64,000 nt of DNA from a virus (IMGVR_UViG_3300018080_000112:1-64000), one strand, 5' to 3'. Counted from the first letter of the stretch, positions 48,595-59,011 are shown. The notes: generated by a model not told the origin, from the sequence alone. Numbers and translations are program-made.

Positions 48595-49098
48595 TTATGG
48601 TTTTGGTTGTGGATCATCCCCCCACAACAGATCCGCCGCCTTCTTGATGTTCTCTTGATGTTTCTCCGGTGACCAGTCCTTCTTCTTTCTGGTAATCGGG
48701 TCAAACCAGTCCACACGAAACAGAGAGTTCAACAACATGGCGAGAACAGAACCTTCCTTCTCCGACAACAACAAACGGTCATGAAAAAACCGCAACATTT
48801 TTTTCATCAACCCGTGTGATGGTTCGTCAATTTGCTCGTATAGCTTATACAGCGCATCAGCATCCACCAATAACGACATCGCAGATGATTGCAGTTTTCC
48901 AGACTCCGGGTCTGGCGGAAGCAAGATCGGAACAATCTTGTACGTCGCATTGTCCAGCCCCCGCGAGCCATCCGCGCCGCGATACTCCCGATCCATCCAA
49001 GCAAGCGCATCCTCCGGGCTATCAAACAAACACCGCCGTCCGTGATCGGGTCCGTCATGACCCCAGACACCCTTCCATACCAGCAATAGATACTTCAT
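48595..49098 (-). CDS. Hypothetical protein
   Basis: AAGGAG RBS. Confidence 0.6.
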   Translation of the reverse strand: MKYLLLVWKGVWGHDGPDHGRRCLFDSPEDALAWMDREYRGADGSRGLDNATYKIVPILLPPDPESGKLQSSAMSLLVDADALYKLYEQIDEPSHGLMKKMLRFFHDRLLLSEKEGSVLAMLLNSLFRVDWFDPITRKKKDWSPEKHQENIKKAADLLWGDDPQPKP

Positions 49099-49965
49099 CT
49101 CGCTCTCCTTTTAGGACCCTATTGATAATAAACACTCTGATCTGGAGAACTAAAGCTTTTGTTTTTCATGAGAATCTCTCTCCAGAATCAAAGTGTTTAT
49201 TTTAGGCTGTTGACTTACCTCTGAATAACAGTCAACCCCGTTCCGTAACACAGACTCCAGGGGGACCAATCCGCCCAATATGCGTCAAGATTTTGATCTT
49301 TGCCTTTGGCGGTTTGGCAAACCCATGCCAGCGCTGGTGGATCTTGCTCAGAACATCCTCTTCGCTCATACAAGCCTCATCTGTGAACTTGTAGCCGCGC
49401 CCTTTTGTGTTCTTCCAGACATGCAAGCCATCATGACCTTCTTTCAACAGACACCGGGTTCCAAACATCCCATGACGGGATTGACACTGTTGATCTGACA
49501 AGCGAGCTTGCTCTTCCTCCTGGTACTTCCCTTTCCAGTTCTCCGGCGTACCTGGAACAAACTGTTCACAGGTCTCACAAACATGACCATTCCCTTCCAT
49601 ATCCCCCATCACAGGACCCGCACAAGTCAAAACTTGGTTCAGCGGTGGTCCCCCCGTCATACGCTCCCCCGTGAAAAAGGGAGACATTCGACAAAACCAT
49701 CGGCTCGGTAATGGTGCGCTCATATCCTCACTCCTGTCTAAAAATGCGTTTGAATTGTTCAAAGGAAATGATGTCGCCAGCTTGCGGACCCACATGGAAA
49801 CGAGATTTGAGAATCTTGACCATCCCGTTGTCATCCAGTGCGCAGACCTCCGCTTTTGCGACAATCTCATAAGAGCCGCCAACATCCACATCTGTGATCT
49901 CTTTCAGCGGTTTGTCTCTTGCAGATTGTCGTAGATCAGACCTGTTCAATAGTTTGAGCGCCATC

Positions 49966-50382
49966 TTATTTCCTTTCCTTGAATGTATGTGGTTTGTCTT
50001 TCTCCGGTACGATGTGGATTTGATAGTTTCCACGATGTGGCGGAGGCAAGAACACACGGATCACGTCATAGTGTTCCGAAAAGTGTTCGCCGCTCGCTCG
50101 TAAGCTCTCTGTGTCAAAATGAATCCGTTCCAGCAACTCCATCAACAAGCCGCTGAGACGCATTGAATCAGTGATCTTCATCTGATGTTCGTAGGGGCGG
50201 ACCTCCGCGATATCCTCACAGAACTCATCCATCTTCTCTTGAAGTGCAGCTTCGCGCTCTTTGAGACCCGCAAGCTCTCGCTCTTTGTGGCGAATCTCTA
50301 TCTCCATCATCTCGATTTTGTAGCGCTGTGTTCGTATTTCCTGCGCCAAGTGCTTGGAGGTCCTGTGTAATAGATTGATCAT
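49966..50382 (-). CDS. Hypothetical coiled-coil protein
   Basis: ORF track. Confidence 0.55.
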   Translation of the reverse strand: MINLLHRTSKHLAQEIRTQRYKIEMMEIEIRHKERELAGLKEREAALQEKMDEFCEDIAEVRPYEHQMKITDSMRLSGLLMELLERIHFDTESLRASGEHFSEHYDVIRVFLPPPHRGNYQIHIVPEKDKPHTFKERK

Positions 50383-50611
50383 GACTTCCTCCCTTCAAAG
50401 AACTGCGACCACTCTTCCAGGTCTCGTTTGACGCAATCAAGAGCACCAGAGTGCCGAAGAGCGCCGCGTAGCTCACCATCCGAGAAGTAGGTCTGAGCGG
50501 TCTCCAGAATCGCCGTCACGATGTTCTGACGGTCTCCTGTGAGGGGATGCGCCTCCATGTGTTGCTTGAACTGTTCTTGAATGGCTTGCAGAGTCTCTTG
50601 ATCAATCATGA

Positions 50612-50965
50612 TCACACCTTTGGTTGATAGTGTTGACAGTTGCAGAGTTCGCCTTCTCCGACCTTCTTCACACAGCCTTGATCCCAATGCGCCACCTTGC
50701 GATGTCCACACTCCGGACACCATTCGTAACCCATAGCGCAAGGACGGGCGCAGATACCGAACACCGTAATTTCTCCCCCGCTCCCTAGCCAGCGGCGTAC
50801 CAGATCGTCACCCTTCCAATGACTCGGCATCTTCAATTGACAGCGGTCCAGCCCGGTCCCAATCTCGACACATAAAGCGTTCGCCGGTCGTCTCTCTGTC
50901 TCCATCGCGAGGCGATATTGACATGTGTTGGCGAACTCACTGAAGGCTTGCGCATCTGGTTTCAT
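50612..50965 (-). CDS. Hypothetical Cys-rich protein
   Basis: ORF track. Confidence 0.5.
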   Translation of the reverse strand: MKPDAQAFSEFANTCQYRLAMETERRPANALCVEIGTGLDRCQLKMPSHWKGDDLVRRWLGSGGEITVFGICARPCAMGYEWCPECGHRKVAHWDQGCVKKVGEGELCNCQHYQPKV

Positions 50966-51189
50966 GACTCGTCATCCTCATCTTTATACGGCGGGGCGAT
51001 CTGCAAGTGAACCAACCCCACTTCATCCGGCTCTTCGTCCGTATATTCCACCAGACCCAACTCTTCATCTGGAAACTTTTCCGCCATGAAAGTATGAGCA
51101 CACGCGGTCATCTTCTCGATCATCTCCCGCGCCAGCGCTTCCTGGTTCTCGGGAAAGTAGAGATAGAGTTGAAACAGCTTGTCTTCCAT
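50962..51189 (-). CDS. Small acidic protein, tandem paralog 1
   Basis: Similar to the next two ORFs (F.E...HLQI.P). Confidence 0.65.
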   Translation of the reverse strand: MEDKLFQLYLYFPENQEALAREMIEKMTACAHTFMAEKFPDEELGLVEYTDEEPDEVGLVHLQIAPPYKDEDDES

Positions 51190-51416
51190 CAGTTTGACTC
51201 CTCTTCTGGAACGATTTGAAGATGCATAGAACCGGTCTCTTCGCTCTCGTGAAAGGTCAGTGTTAGCCCGTCATGCTCTGGGTTCTTCATCTGTCCACTA
51301 AACACCGGGTCTTCGAACTTGGAGAGGGCATACTGAACCAGGTCATACACCAGTTGGTCACCGGGTCCGCTGTGCTCCTCCGAGAAGCAAACATGGATCT
51401 GAACTGTCCTCTCCAT
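51189..51416 (-). CDS. Small acidic protein, tandem paralog 2
   Basis: CFSEE...YALSKF...HLQIVPEEES. Confidence 0.65.
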   Translation of the reverse strand: MERTVQIHVCFSEEHSGPGDQLVYDLVQYALSKFEDPVFSGQMKNPEHDGLTLTFHESEETGSMHLQIVPEEESN

Positions 51417-51661
51417 CAGCTTGACTCCTCTTTTGGAACGATCTGCAAGTTGATTGCTTCGTCTTCATCCCTGTGGAAAACCAGCGCATGACCTTCGTTC
51501 TTTTTGTGCGCCGCTGGACCCTTGAACTGAGAGATGGCATAAGCAACCGTCTTGCGAACCAGGTCCTCACCAAGCTCGTTCTGTTCCTCAGAGAAACAAA
51601 TGTTGATCCGAATAACCTTGTCTTCCATCAGCTTGACTCCTCTTTCAAGAGCTTTCGGCAA
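51416..51661 (-). CDS. Small acidic protein, tandem paralog 3
   Basis: CFSEE...YAISQF...NLQIVPKEESS. Confidence 0.65.
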   Translation of the reverse strand: MPKALERGVKLMEDKVIRINICFSEEQNELGEDLVRKTVAYAISQFKGPAAHKKNEGHALVFHRDEDEAINLQIVPKEESS

Positions 51662-51999
51662 ACATCCGCGCCATACTTACGATGAAGGTTGTCTCGGTGC
51701 TTCCGGTTCTGGTTCTGATCCCGCTCAACTCGATAGCGCTCTTGTTGGACCTCATACAACCGCTTTTTCAGAATCTCCTCCTTCTCACGAGCCTCATCCA
51801 GATCCTTCTGACTGGTCAAAGATCGACTCATCAACGCGGAGTACTTCAGAGCAACCGCTTGTTCGATCTCGTCCTTCTCCTCCGCGTGATCCTCTGTGAA
51901 CCCCCACGCCGGAACATGGCGCATCTTCCACTGTTGAACCAACTCTTTCCAGCGCTTGTGCTTCTCTGTGACCAGCTTTGTATAACTGATGTTTTTCAT
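51628..51999 (-). CDS. Hypothetical coiled-coil protein
   Basis: ORF track. Confidence 0.55.
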   Translation of the reverse strand: MKNISYTKLVTEKHKRWKELVQQWKMRHVPAWGFTEDHAEEKDEIEQAVALKYSALMSRSLTSQKDLDEAREKEEILKKRLYEVQQERYRVERDQNQNRKHRDNLHRKYGADVCRKLLKEESS

Positions 52000-52047
52000 C
52001 GTTTCGTCTCCCGCTGATGTTAGGTCCTAACCCCGTGTGTTCGTGTA

Positions 52048-52533
52048 TTACTTTGCTTCCATGATCTGTTGCTGGCGGTCCTCGCTCCATCCCGCCGGGT
52101 AAGCCTGCATGGTACGATGAACCAGCTTTTGGGGGAGATCTTCGGCGAATTCAGCAAAGACACCTTCGAGGCGCTCTTTCAACTCGACAACCCGCTTGTG
52201 GGCGCGAATCTGCGCGTCAATGTAAGGTGCGTATCCCTCGAAGTGTAGCTTGGCGACCGCCTCTTGACCCGTCTCAGTCAGCCGGAAGTAATTAGCGATC
52301 TTTGTGGGGGAGGAGAACTTGCCAGCCTTGAACTCAATCAAGCCGCGTTTGGCGAGAGCTTTCAACGTAGAATCGAGCATCCAGCTTTTCCGACCATGCC
52401 ACAGACCAGGATGAACATGCGTAATCTTGAGAACGTCACGCATGGGTTCCGACAACTTGTGCGCCTTCACGGTGCGCTCGATATGGTTGTGATAAAGCTC
52501 TCGTTTTTGCTGCAGATAATCTTGAAAACTCAT
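52048..52533 (-). CDS. Hypothetical winged-helix-like protein
   Basis: TLKALAKRGLI..FRLTETG. Confidence 0.55.
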   Translation of the reverse strand: MSFQDYLQQKRELYHNHIERTVKAHKLSEPMRDVLKITHVHPGLWHGRKSWMLDSTLKALAKRGLIEFKAGKFSSPTKIANYFRLTETGQEAVAKLHFEGYAPYIDAQIRAHKRVVELKERLEGVFAEFAEDLPQKLVHRTMQAYPAGWSEDRQQQIMEAK

Positions 52534-52606
52534 GACCTGTTCTCCTGTGTCGGTCGGTTACAAAAAAGGAACGCTTAATCAGATGAGGGCAAGACTTTTT
52601 TCTGAC

Positions 52607-52870
52607 TCACCCGGCGAACAACTTTTTGACCAAAGAGCGCCCCTTCTCTGTCAGTGAGAACCCCGGAAGAATACGACTCTCGTGTTTTTCAATCATCCCG
52701 CGCCGAACCAGCGCTTGCACTGTTACTGTCGATGTGCGAACAGGGATCATAATCCAGCCATTCGGATAGCTGTGACCTAATTCCAGAAGCTCAACCATGA
52801 ATTTTGACAGCTTGTTTTCTTTCTGAATTTCCGGGTTCATAACAACCTCCAATATTGTTCTGTGAATCAA
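52607..52870 (-). CDS. Hypothetical winged-helix-like protein
   Basis: TVQALVRRGMI..FSLTEKG. Confidence 0.5.
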   Translation of the reverse strand: MIHRTILEVVMNPEIQKENKLSKFMVELLELGHSYPNGWIMIPVRTSTVTVQALVRRGMIEKHESRILPGFSLTEKGRSLVKKLFAG

Positions 52871-53493
52871 CCACGAAACAGCGCATCTTGCGCCGGTTCA
52901 AAGGTCGCGGAAGCATCCCAACAAATCTCTGCACAGACCAGATTCCCACGCCGTGACTTGAACTTTGGTGCTCCGCACTCTTCGCAATATTCCGTCTGGC
53001 GAACCGTCCCGTACACATCCCGCATGGTGTCTAATGTGCGCTGTACAATCGCCACGATGTGACCCGTACGATTGATCCGCTTCGTGCTTGCAAGCCCCTT
53101 GTCGCCTCTTGCACTGTGATACACAGCGCAGATCTTGATTGAATCCTGAGCGCAAGAGCGAACGGTGTATGTATTGGCGCGAATGGTCGAATAAACCAGC
53201 ACCTCTACATTATCCATCCCGTGAACCATGCGACCATAAACACGCTCGCGGCTCTTCTTATCTACCTTCTGATCAAAACCAGATTCGACCAGCATACGAT
53301 GAAGGGCGACCGCCAGCTTGCCCCTGTCTGCGCTGTCATGCGGTTTGTATCGGTTCGACATGTTCTTGCTCCCTGGAAAAAATAAATGACTCAACCAAAA
53401 CGAGGGCAAGACTTTTTTCTGACTGGATCGGATCGGCGGGTTATCGGTCTTCTGGCTCGCAACAGAACAAACAAACCTGGTACTCTGGATCAT
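52867..53493 (-). CDS. Hypothetical protein with a C-terminal zinc ribbon
   Basis: Start is likely MSNRY, after a class B promoter motif. Confidence 0.6.
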   Translation of the reverse strand: MIQSTRFVCSVASQKTDNPPIRSSQKKVLPSFWLSHLFFPGSKNMSNRYKPHDSADRGKLAVALHRMLVESGFDQKVDKKSRERVYGRMVHGMDNVEVLVYSTIRANTYTVRSCAQDSIKICAVYHSARGDKGLASTKRINRTGHIVAIVQRTLDTMRDVYGTVRQTEYCEECGAPKFKSRRGNLVCAEICWDASATFEPAQDALFRG

Positions 53494-54079
53494 TCAGCGG
53501 ATCAAAGACGCAAACACCAACAGGACTCTCGGAACAACTCACATCAGAGTCCACAAGGTCATCGGGGTCCGGCTCGATCTCCCAATCCTGATATCCCACA
53601 TAGTCCTTCCAGCTATCAGAGTTGACCACAGCTTCCTTCAGGAGGTCATACAACTGTCGCTGGACCCCCTTTACAATTTCCAGACCCCGCTGATACCTGT
53701 TCTTGTAGTTCATCTCGACAGCGCCGTCTCCGTTGCTCCTGGACCCCTCTTCGAACACCTCAAGACCTATCGGCGACAAACGATAGTAACCAAACCCCTT
53801 CTCTTTGTTCTCTTCCACATAACTAAGCTGTTGCAGAAACTTGAATGTGCTGTGTTCCCCGTTGACCAACATCACAACTTGAAGACCATCCGCTTCGTTC
53901 AGCCGCTCCATCAATGACCACATCTGTGCTGTGATGACCCGAATACCACCCCGGTCAAAAACTCGTCTTACTCCGTCACCCGTCTCCGACATCTTTCTTT
54001 CCTTTCTTCCTCTTGTGGCGGTACACAACATGTTCGTTCTTGTACTTCTGCGGGTCCGCCAACTCTTCCCCATGTGCAA
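53441..54079 (-). CDS. Hypothetical protein (C..SP...C.FD motif family)
   Basis: CSESPVGVCVFDPLNDP...CLFCCEPEDR. Confidence 0.55.
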   Translation of the reverse strand: MHMGKSWRTRRSTRTNMLCTATRGRKERKMSETGDGVRRVFDRGGIRVITAQMWSLMERLNEADGLQVVMLVNGEHSTFKFLQQLSYVEENKEKGFGYYRLSPIGLEVFEEGSRSNGDGAVEMNYKNRYQRGLEIVKGVQRQLYDLLKEAVVNSDSWKDYVGYQDWEIEPDPDDLVDSDVSCSESPVGVCVFDPLNDPEYQVCLFCCEPEDR

Positions 54080-54175
54080 ATCTGTAGTGGATCAACAACG
54101 CCGCTTCATCCGTCCGCCAGACCTTGCAACGCGGACATTCGTAATAAGTGATTTCGTGGCTCTCTTGTCCCTTGC

Positions 54176-54904
54176 TCATCCCGAAAACAACCCCTCTTCA
54201 CCTTCCTCTTGCCATTGTTTTGTGACCCCTACCAAAGGCATATCTTTTCCTATGATCTTCTTCACCAGATGATCCGTCACATGATCGTACAGCCTGTCTA
54301 CATCTGGTTGTCCAGGATCACGGTCCACTCCATCCTCCGCTGTGTAACGCCACCGCAATTTTTCGAAATCATACAAGATGATCTCTTCATTGTACGCCTT
54401 CCCATTGACCTGAAAGACCGCCATCAGCGTCTCCCTGGCACACCAGGCAATCACCGGTATATCTCGCGTTCGAAACTTCACCATCAACACCAGCTTGTTC
54501 CCGTCTTCTCGACACTCCTCCAACGTCAACCCGTGCATTCTCAGCTTGTTCTCAAACTGCGCCGTGATCTTCCGGGTGGAGATAGGTCGCCACATACGCC
54601 CCAACCCGTTCCGGAGACACCGCTTGCAGACCCGATACCCCCCTGGTCTTTCCTCTGGGGTCCAAACCTGGTCACCCGGTCGAAAAGCACGGTTTCCGTC
54701 GCACCACAGCGGTTGCCACACTCTCTCTACGTTGAACTCTTTCGGAATGTACGGACCCCAATACGAACCGATGTGAAGAATATCCCCCTTACTTCCCCGT
54801 TGTTTCACAAATACCATCTCTTGTTTGTTCATCTCGCAATCCCCTGTAACAGCATCATATATGCTCCCGCCAAACCAGCGGAACCTCTTCCACACAAACG
54901 CCAC
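54176..54904 (-). CDS. Hypothetical protein
   Basis: ORF track. Confidence 0.6.
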   Translation of the reverse strand: MAFVWKRFRWFGGSIYDAVTGDCEMNKQEMVFVKQRGSKGDILHIGSYWGPYIPKEFNVERVWQPLWCDGNRAFRPGDQVWTPEERPGGYRVCKRCLRNGLGRMWRPISTRKITAQFENKLRMHGLTLEECREDGNKLVLMVKFRTRDIPVIAWCARETLMAVFQVNGKAYNEEIILYDFEKLRWRYTAEDGVDRDPGQPDVDRLYDHVTDHLVKKIIGKDMPLVGVTKQWQEEGEEGLFSG

Positions 54905-55196
54905 GACAAAACATCAACGTACCCGGAGAAACCGGTATATCTGGATAACAGCGCTTCGCGAACTGAATCAGTTGCTTGTAGAACGCACTTTGCTTGTCCA
55001 TATCCTCCGGGTGTTGCGCATCATACTCAGCTTCCCATTGGCGCAAGTCATCCAACAAAGAACCCCACTTGTCCCGCAACTCAAACGCCAACTCCCGATC
55101 TATCGTTGCATAGAAGTGCATACAGGTCTCGTAATCGTATCCGTTCACCAGATAGACCACCGGTCCACTTACGTCTGTTTCTTTCTTGTCCATCAC
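54855..55196 (-). CDS. Hypothetical protein
   Basis: ORF track. Confidence 0.55.
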   Translation of the reverse strand: MMDKKETDVSGPVVYLVNGYDYETCMHFYATIDRELAFELRDKWGSLLDDLRQWEAEYDAQHPEDMDKQSAFYKQLIQFAKRCYPDIPVSPGTLMFCRGVCVEEVPLVWREHI

Positions 55197-55388
55197 CAGC
55201 TACCCAAAACGCTCTTCAATTCCATCACCGAAATCGAATCCGAAGCGATCTCCTCCGGATAAATCATTCCATCACCCTGGTACATCAACTTGACATTCAA
55301 GGACTGACTCGACATACCACCCTTGTCCAATGAAATCTCCAGTGACAAACTCCGAAAAGCGCTCTTTATCGCTTCTTCCACTTCGTGC

Positions 55389-56570
55389 TCATCCATCTTG
55401 TGCCTCTTTATCTTCCGCAAAGAGGTCTTCCACAGGACAGTCAAACAAAGCAACGAGTGCCTTCTTATGTTTGTCCGCGACTTTACGAGATAATCCGCGT
55501 TCGATTATCGAAAGTTGTCTTGTGGAAATGCCTGTGTGAAAAGTAACTTCGTCCAAAGACATACCGGTTTCATTTCGAATCTTCCGCAGCATCGGGATAA
55601 TGATCTTCGGCAAGCCTTCCTTTCTCGGTATGGTCGGTTTATTCATTTTGTTCTCCTTCCTTGATTTCTTTTTTACAGATTTCTTTTTATGAGATTCTTC
55701 AATCCCGCTTCCTAATCCCCACCTTTGACGATTATCCGGCTCTTCCCACAAACCACCAGCCCCAGGATGAGCCAAAGAAGAAGATGCAACATCACAAGAG
55801 ACACACAAAAAGACCTCTTTGTTGCTGTTCCAAATCAAATGGTCGTCTTGCTCATCCTCCCCACAATACCAACATTTGAAAATTCGACCTCGCGGCTCTC
55901 CATCTTCCTTTGTCATCGGTCGCTTATATGTTTCAACCGCTGCGTCATTCATAATTGTCAAATCACTTACCTGGTCATCCAGCGAACAAAACAATGACTC
56001 GTCTGATACAAAGGGCTTTAAATATTTTGATCGTGATGGATGACGAATCTTGCGTAATGCTCTCGCTCCGACCTGATTGACTCTTCCAGCACCAACACCA
56101 AGAGACTCACCAATCTCTCGCTCCGTTTTTCCAGCAATAAAATAACTTCTTAGAATAAACGCCTCTTTCGGCGACAATGTATCCAATACTTTCTCGATTT
56201 GACTACGTAACTCCAATTTATCAAAAACCTGGTCTGGCGAACTCAACAAGCGCTCCTGGTGCCCCGTTAACATCGGAACTATCTCATCCTTGTTCAGCTT
56301 CGAGCGAATCACGTTCTTCTTTATATCCATCACAGCATCTGGAAATAGTTCCTTCAGAGATACGTGATAGAAATCAGCCAAAGCAACCGCTGCAACACGC
56401 CACACCCCGCGCTTAGTAACCGGAGAAACCTTCAAAAGTTCTAGTTCCGAATAAGACGCCACTGAAACACCCAGAAGACAAGACAACTCTGGTATTGTCA
56501 AACCTAACTTCGTCCGTCTCTCCTTCAGCAAATTACTCCGAATACGGATCTCAACTTCAAGCTCTTTCAT
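55389..56570 (-). CDS. HTH + sigma70 region-4 + XRE-HTH protein (C-terminal HTH may start separately at 55646)
   Basis: LDTLSPKEAFILRSYF..TEREIGESLGVGAGRVNQVGARALRKIRHPSRSKYLK is RpoD region-4-like; XRE-type HTH motifs at both ends. Confidence 0.75.
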   Translation of the reverse strand: MKELEVEIRIRSNLLKERRTKLGLTIPELSCLLGVSVASYSELELLKVSPVTKRGVWRVAAVALADFYHVSLKELFPDAVMDIKKNVIRSKLNKDEIVPMLTGHQERLLSSPDQVFDKLELRSQIEKVLDTLSPKEAFILRSYFIAGKTEREIGESLGVGAGRVNQVGARALRKIRHPSRSKYLKPFVSDESLFCSLDDQVSDLTIMNDAAVETYKRPMTKEDGEPRGRIFKCWYCGEDEQDDHLIWNSNKEVFLCVSCDVASSSLAHPGAGGLWEEPDNRQRWGLGSGIEESHKKKSVKKKSRKENKMNKPTIPRKEGLPKIIIPMLRKIRNETGMSLDEVTFHTGISTRQLSIIERGLSRKVADKHKKALVALFDCPVEDLFAEDKEAQDG

Positions 56571-56886
56571 GAGCTACCACCACCGGCTCATCCAACACGA
56601 CCTCATCACGAGCCAGAATGAACATGTGGACGGGAACGGACTCCTCAATACCGTCACGCATCATCGATGTGACGCCCAAAGACTGTTCTTTGTCAATTCG
56701 CCACCCCTGGTTAAACAGCGTTTCCAGTTCATCGGCTCGCTCTTTCGTCCCGTGCTCCCCTTGGTAACGACCCGCATAAAACATGAAAACCTTGTACTTC
56801 TTCTTTGTAATCTGTTCCATCTTCCCTTCACTCCTCTTGTTTCTCTTGTTGCTCTTGTTCCAAAACGTCCTCAAAGAACCTCGCAT
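56557..56886 (-). CDS. Hypothetical protein
   Basis: ORF track. Confidence 0.5.
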   Translation of the reverse strand: MRGSLRTFWNKSNKRNKRSEGKMEQITKKKYKVFMFYAGRYQGEHGTKERADELETLFNQGWRIDKEQSLGVTSMMRDGIEESVPVHMFILARDEVVLDEPVVVAHERA

Positions 56887-57151
56887 CTACCCGCGACACA
56901 AACGCCAATAGCGATTTGTGCATCTTGTAGCTCTCCAACAAATCATCCCACTTGCGCATCCAGTCCAAAATCCCCTCTTCCGTCACACAGCACATCTGTT
57001 GCCACAGCGCCAGCAAAGTGAACTCCTTGAAAAACTCCTTTGGTAAACCACCAAACTCATACTCCCGCTGAATCTCCGTCACCATCTGCAATACATACGT
57101 CCGCGCATACTTCCGCCGCAACATCAAACGCTGTGTCTCACTTATATCCAT
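56828..57151 (-). CDS. Hypothetical protein
   Basis: AAGGAG RBS overlapping the end of array G. Confidence 0.6.
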   Translation of the reverse strand: MDISETQRLMLRRKYARTYVLQMVTEIQREYEFGGLPKEFFKEFTLLALWQQMCCVTEEGILDWMRKWDDLLESYKMHKSLLAFVSRVDARFFEDVLEQEQQEKQEE

Positions 57152-57164
57152 CGAACCGGCTCCT

Positions 57165-57364
57165 TCAAGGCTGTTGATCTCTCTACAGAAATACGCTCAA
57201 GGCTGTTGATGCGTCTGTCCAAAGTGGGCGCGGCGGTTGACATTAGACTCCTTTTTCTACCTGGCTGTTGACTCGTGGGAATACCGCTTCAAGACTATTG
57301 ATCCCTCGTCTCTGATTTTTCAAGGCTGTTGACAAGGACAAATCAATGACGCAAGGCTGTTGAT
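57165..57364 (-). repeat. Short-repeat mini-array G (7 repeats)
   Basis: Repeat ends 57178, 57210, 57241, 57272, 57302, 57333, 57364. Confidence 0.85.
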
Positions 57365-57394
57365 ACCCTTGACGATCCCACGTGGATATTGCTC

Positions 57395-57850
57395 TTATAC
57401 CCTCGGATCTCTCCGCGCTACAGGAACCTCCAGTCCCTTCTCAATGTAATACGCCAGCACACCCTCCGCGACCTTACCCAACTCCTCTACAGCTTCCCCC
57501 GGTGTCTCTCCTGTTTGACTGCATGCGCTGTGACCGAAATCCGGTAGCCACGCCAACCAATAGCTGTCTTCACCGTCCTCCATCCACTGCAAAGAGACCG
57601 GATACAACCTCAAAATCTCATCACCCGTTAACTTCTCCCCGTTGTAAGGGTGCGTACTTTCCGGACATAGCGGCTTGTACTTACCAAAATTGTAACGGTC
57701 ATTGTAGTGCTGCATCGCCGCCGCCCACGAAAGCGCCTCAAAAGACTCTACATGCTTCCGATCCACACCAAAAGCTAAATCCTTCTGTGTGTGATTCTCC
57801 GGGACCAAACCAGCATCACCGTCCGCCGTCTCCCATATCTCAAATTTCAT
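57395..57850 (-). CDS. Protein with a C-terminal HicB-like domain
   Basis: YPVSL...WLAWLPDFG..CSQTGETPGEAVEEL......LEVP. Confidence 0.65.
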   Translation of the reverse strand: MKFEIWETADGDAGLVPENHTQKDLAFGVDRKHVESFEALSWAAAMQHYNDRYNFGKYKPLCPESTHPYNGEKLTGDEILRLYPVSLQWMEDGEDSYWLAWLPDFGHSACSQTGETPGEAVEELGKVAEGVLAYYIEKGLEVPVARRDPRV

Positions 57851-57861
57851 CTCTCTTCTCC

Positions 57862-58156
57862 CCAGGCTGTTGACCTCGAAACCGTCTCTGGTTCAAGACT
57901 GTTGACTTTCTGAAACACTGAAACAAAGCTGTTGACCCTTGTGAGATATCTTTTCAAAGCTGTTGACCCTCCGAAACCTCATAGCCCAAGGTTGTTGACA
58001 TTTCGTCTCTTACGCAAACAAAGCTGTTGATATCCTCGATAACGGTTCTCAAGGCTGTTGATCTCTCCACAGAGATACGCGCAAGGCTGTTGACTATCTG
58101 CAGGTTGTCGCTCAAGGCTGTTGATTTCGCCAATGACGGAACTCAAGGCTGTTGAC
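57862..58156 (-). repeat. Short-repeat mini-array H (10 repeats)
   Basis: Repeat ends from 57874 to 58156; period 30-32 nt. Confidence 0.9.
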
Positions 58157-58169
58157 ACAGACAGGAGCT

Positions 58170-58586
58170 TCACAGCTTCGATACATCCGTCACCACCACA
58201 TCATCTCCCTTCAGATCTGTCCGACAAACGACACGCGGTGACACACCTGCAAACTTCTCCCGATACTCCCGTATAACCGGCGAATCCAACTCCGGATAGA
58301 TCCCGTGAATGTTCCAGAACCCTACATTGTCCGACTCTTTGCGGAACTCTCCGTACAACCCGTAACTCATCTCGATCACCAGGTCACCCTCCGGCGATAC
58401 GTCAGCATCTAAGAACGCCTGCGCGATCACCTCGTGAACTCGATACTTCTCCTGGTTTGTCTGGCTCATCTGACTCATCTGGCTTTTTTGAGAAAATTCC
58501 GATTGTCCGGAAGCGTCTCCATGATCTCCGTCACTTGCTTCAAAGACAACGGAAGATAGTTGTTGTTGTCCACTCCAACATCCCAT
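58170..58586 (-). CDS. Hypothetical protein
   Basis: Start is likely at MSQ near 58480. Confidence 0.5.
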   Translation of the reverse strand: MGCWSGQQQLSSVVFEASDGDHGDASGQSEFSQKSQMSQMSQTNQEKYRVHEVIAQAFLDADVSPEGDLVIEMSYGLYGEFRKESDNVGFWNIHGIYPELDSPVIREYREKFAGVSPRVVCRTDLKGDDVVVTDVSKL

Positions 58587-58993
58587 TGTTTACCAACAGG
58601 AGGCAAACCGCCGTGACTGTGACCGTACAGTTGCCAACTGTTGTAATGAGAAAGACCCCAAACTCGCATCGCGTAATGACAAACCACAATGTGCTGACCC
58701 GAAAGCTTCTTCTCCCAGATCTCATGTGCTGTCTTGTCCAACCACTGGTCGTGACTACCGCGCAAAAAGATGTGCGTCCCGTTCAGAGCCTCCACATACC
58801 TTTGCGCATCTTCGCCCCGTCGTAACGTGAAATCACCAGCATGCACCACAATGTCATTGTCCGTGACCACGCTGTTGTGCAAACGAGCCAACTCCACATC
58901 CATCTCCTCCACCGTCGCAAACGGACGGTCACAGTACTTGATGATGTTCGTGTGTCCGTAGTGCTCGTCCGCTGTGAAAAAATATGTGCTCAT
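58475..58993 (-). CDS. Calcineurin-like metallophosphoesterase
   Basis: ADEHYGH, AGDF, RGSHD, YGHSH, DVGVD. Confidence 0.9.
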   Translation of the reverse strand: MSTYFFTADEHYGHTNIIKYCDRPFATVEEMDVELARLHNSVVTDNDIVVHAGDFTLRRGEDAQRYVEALNGTHIFLRGSHDQWLDKTAHEIWEKKLSGQHIVVCHYAMRVWGLSHYNSWQLYGHSHGGLPPVGKQWDVGVDNNNYLPLSLKQVTEIMETLPDNRNFLKKAR

Positions 58994-59011
58994 CCCCGTA
59001 TCTACTCCGTT

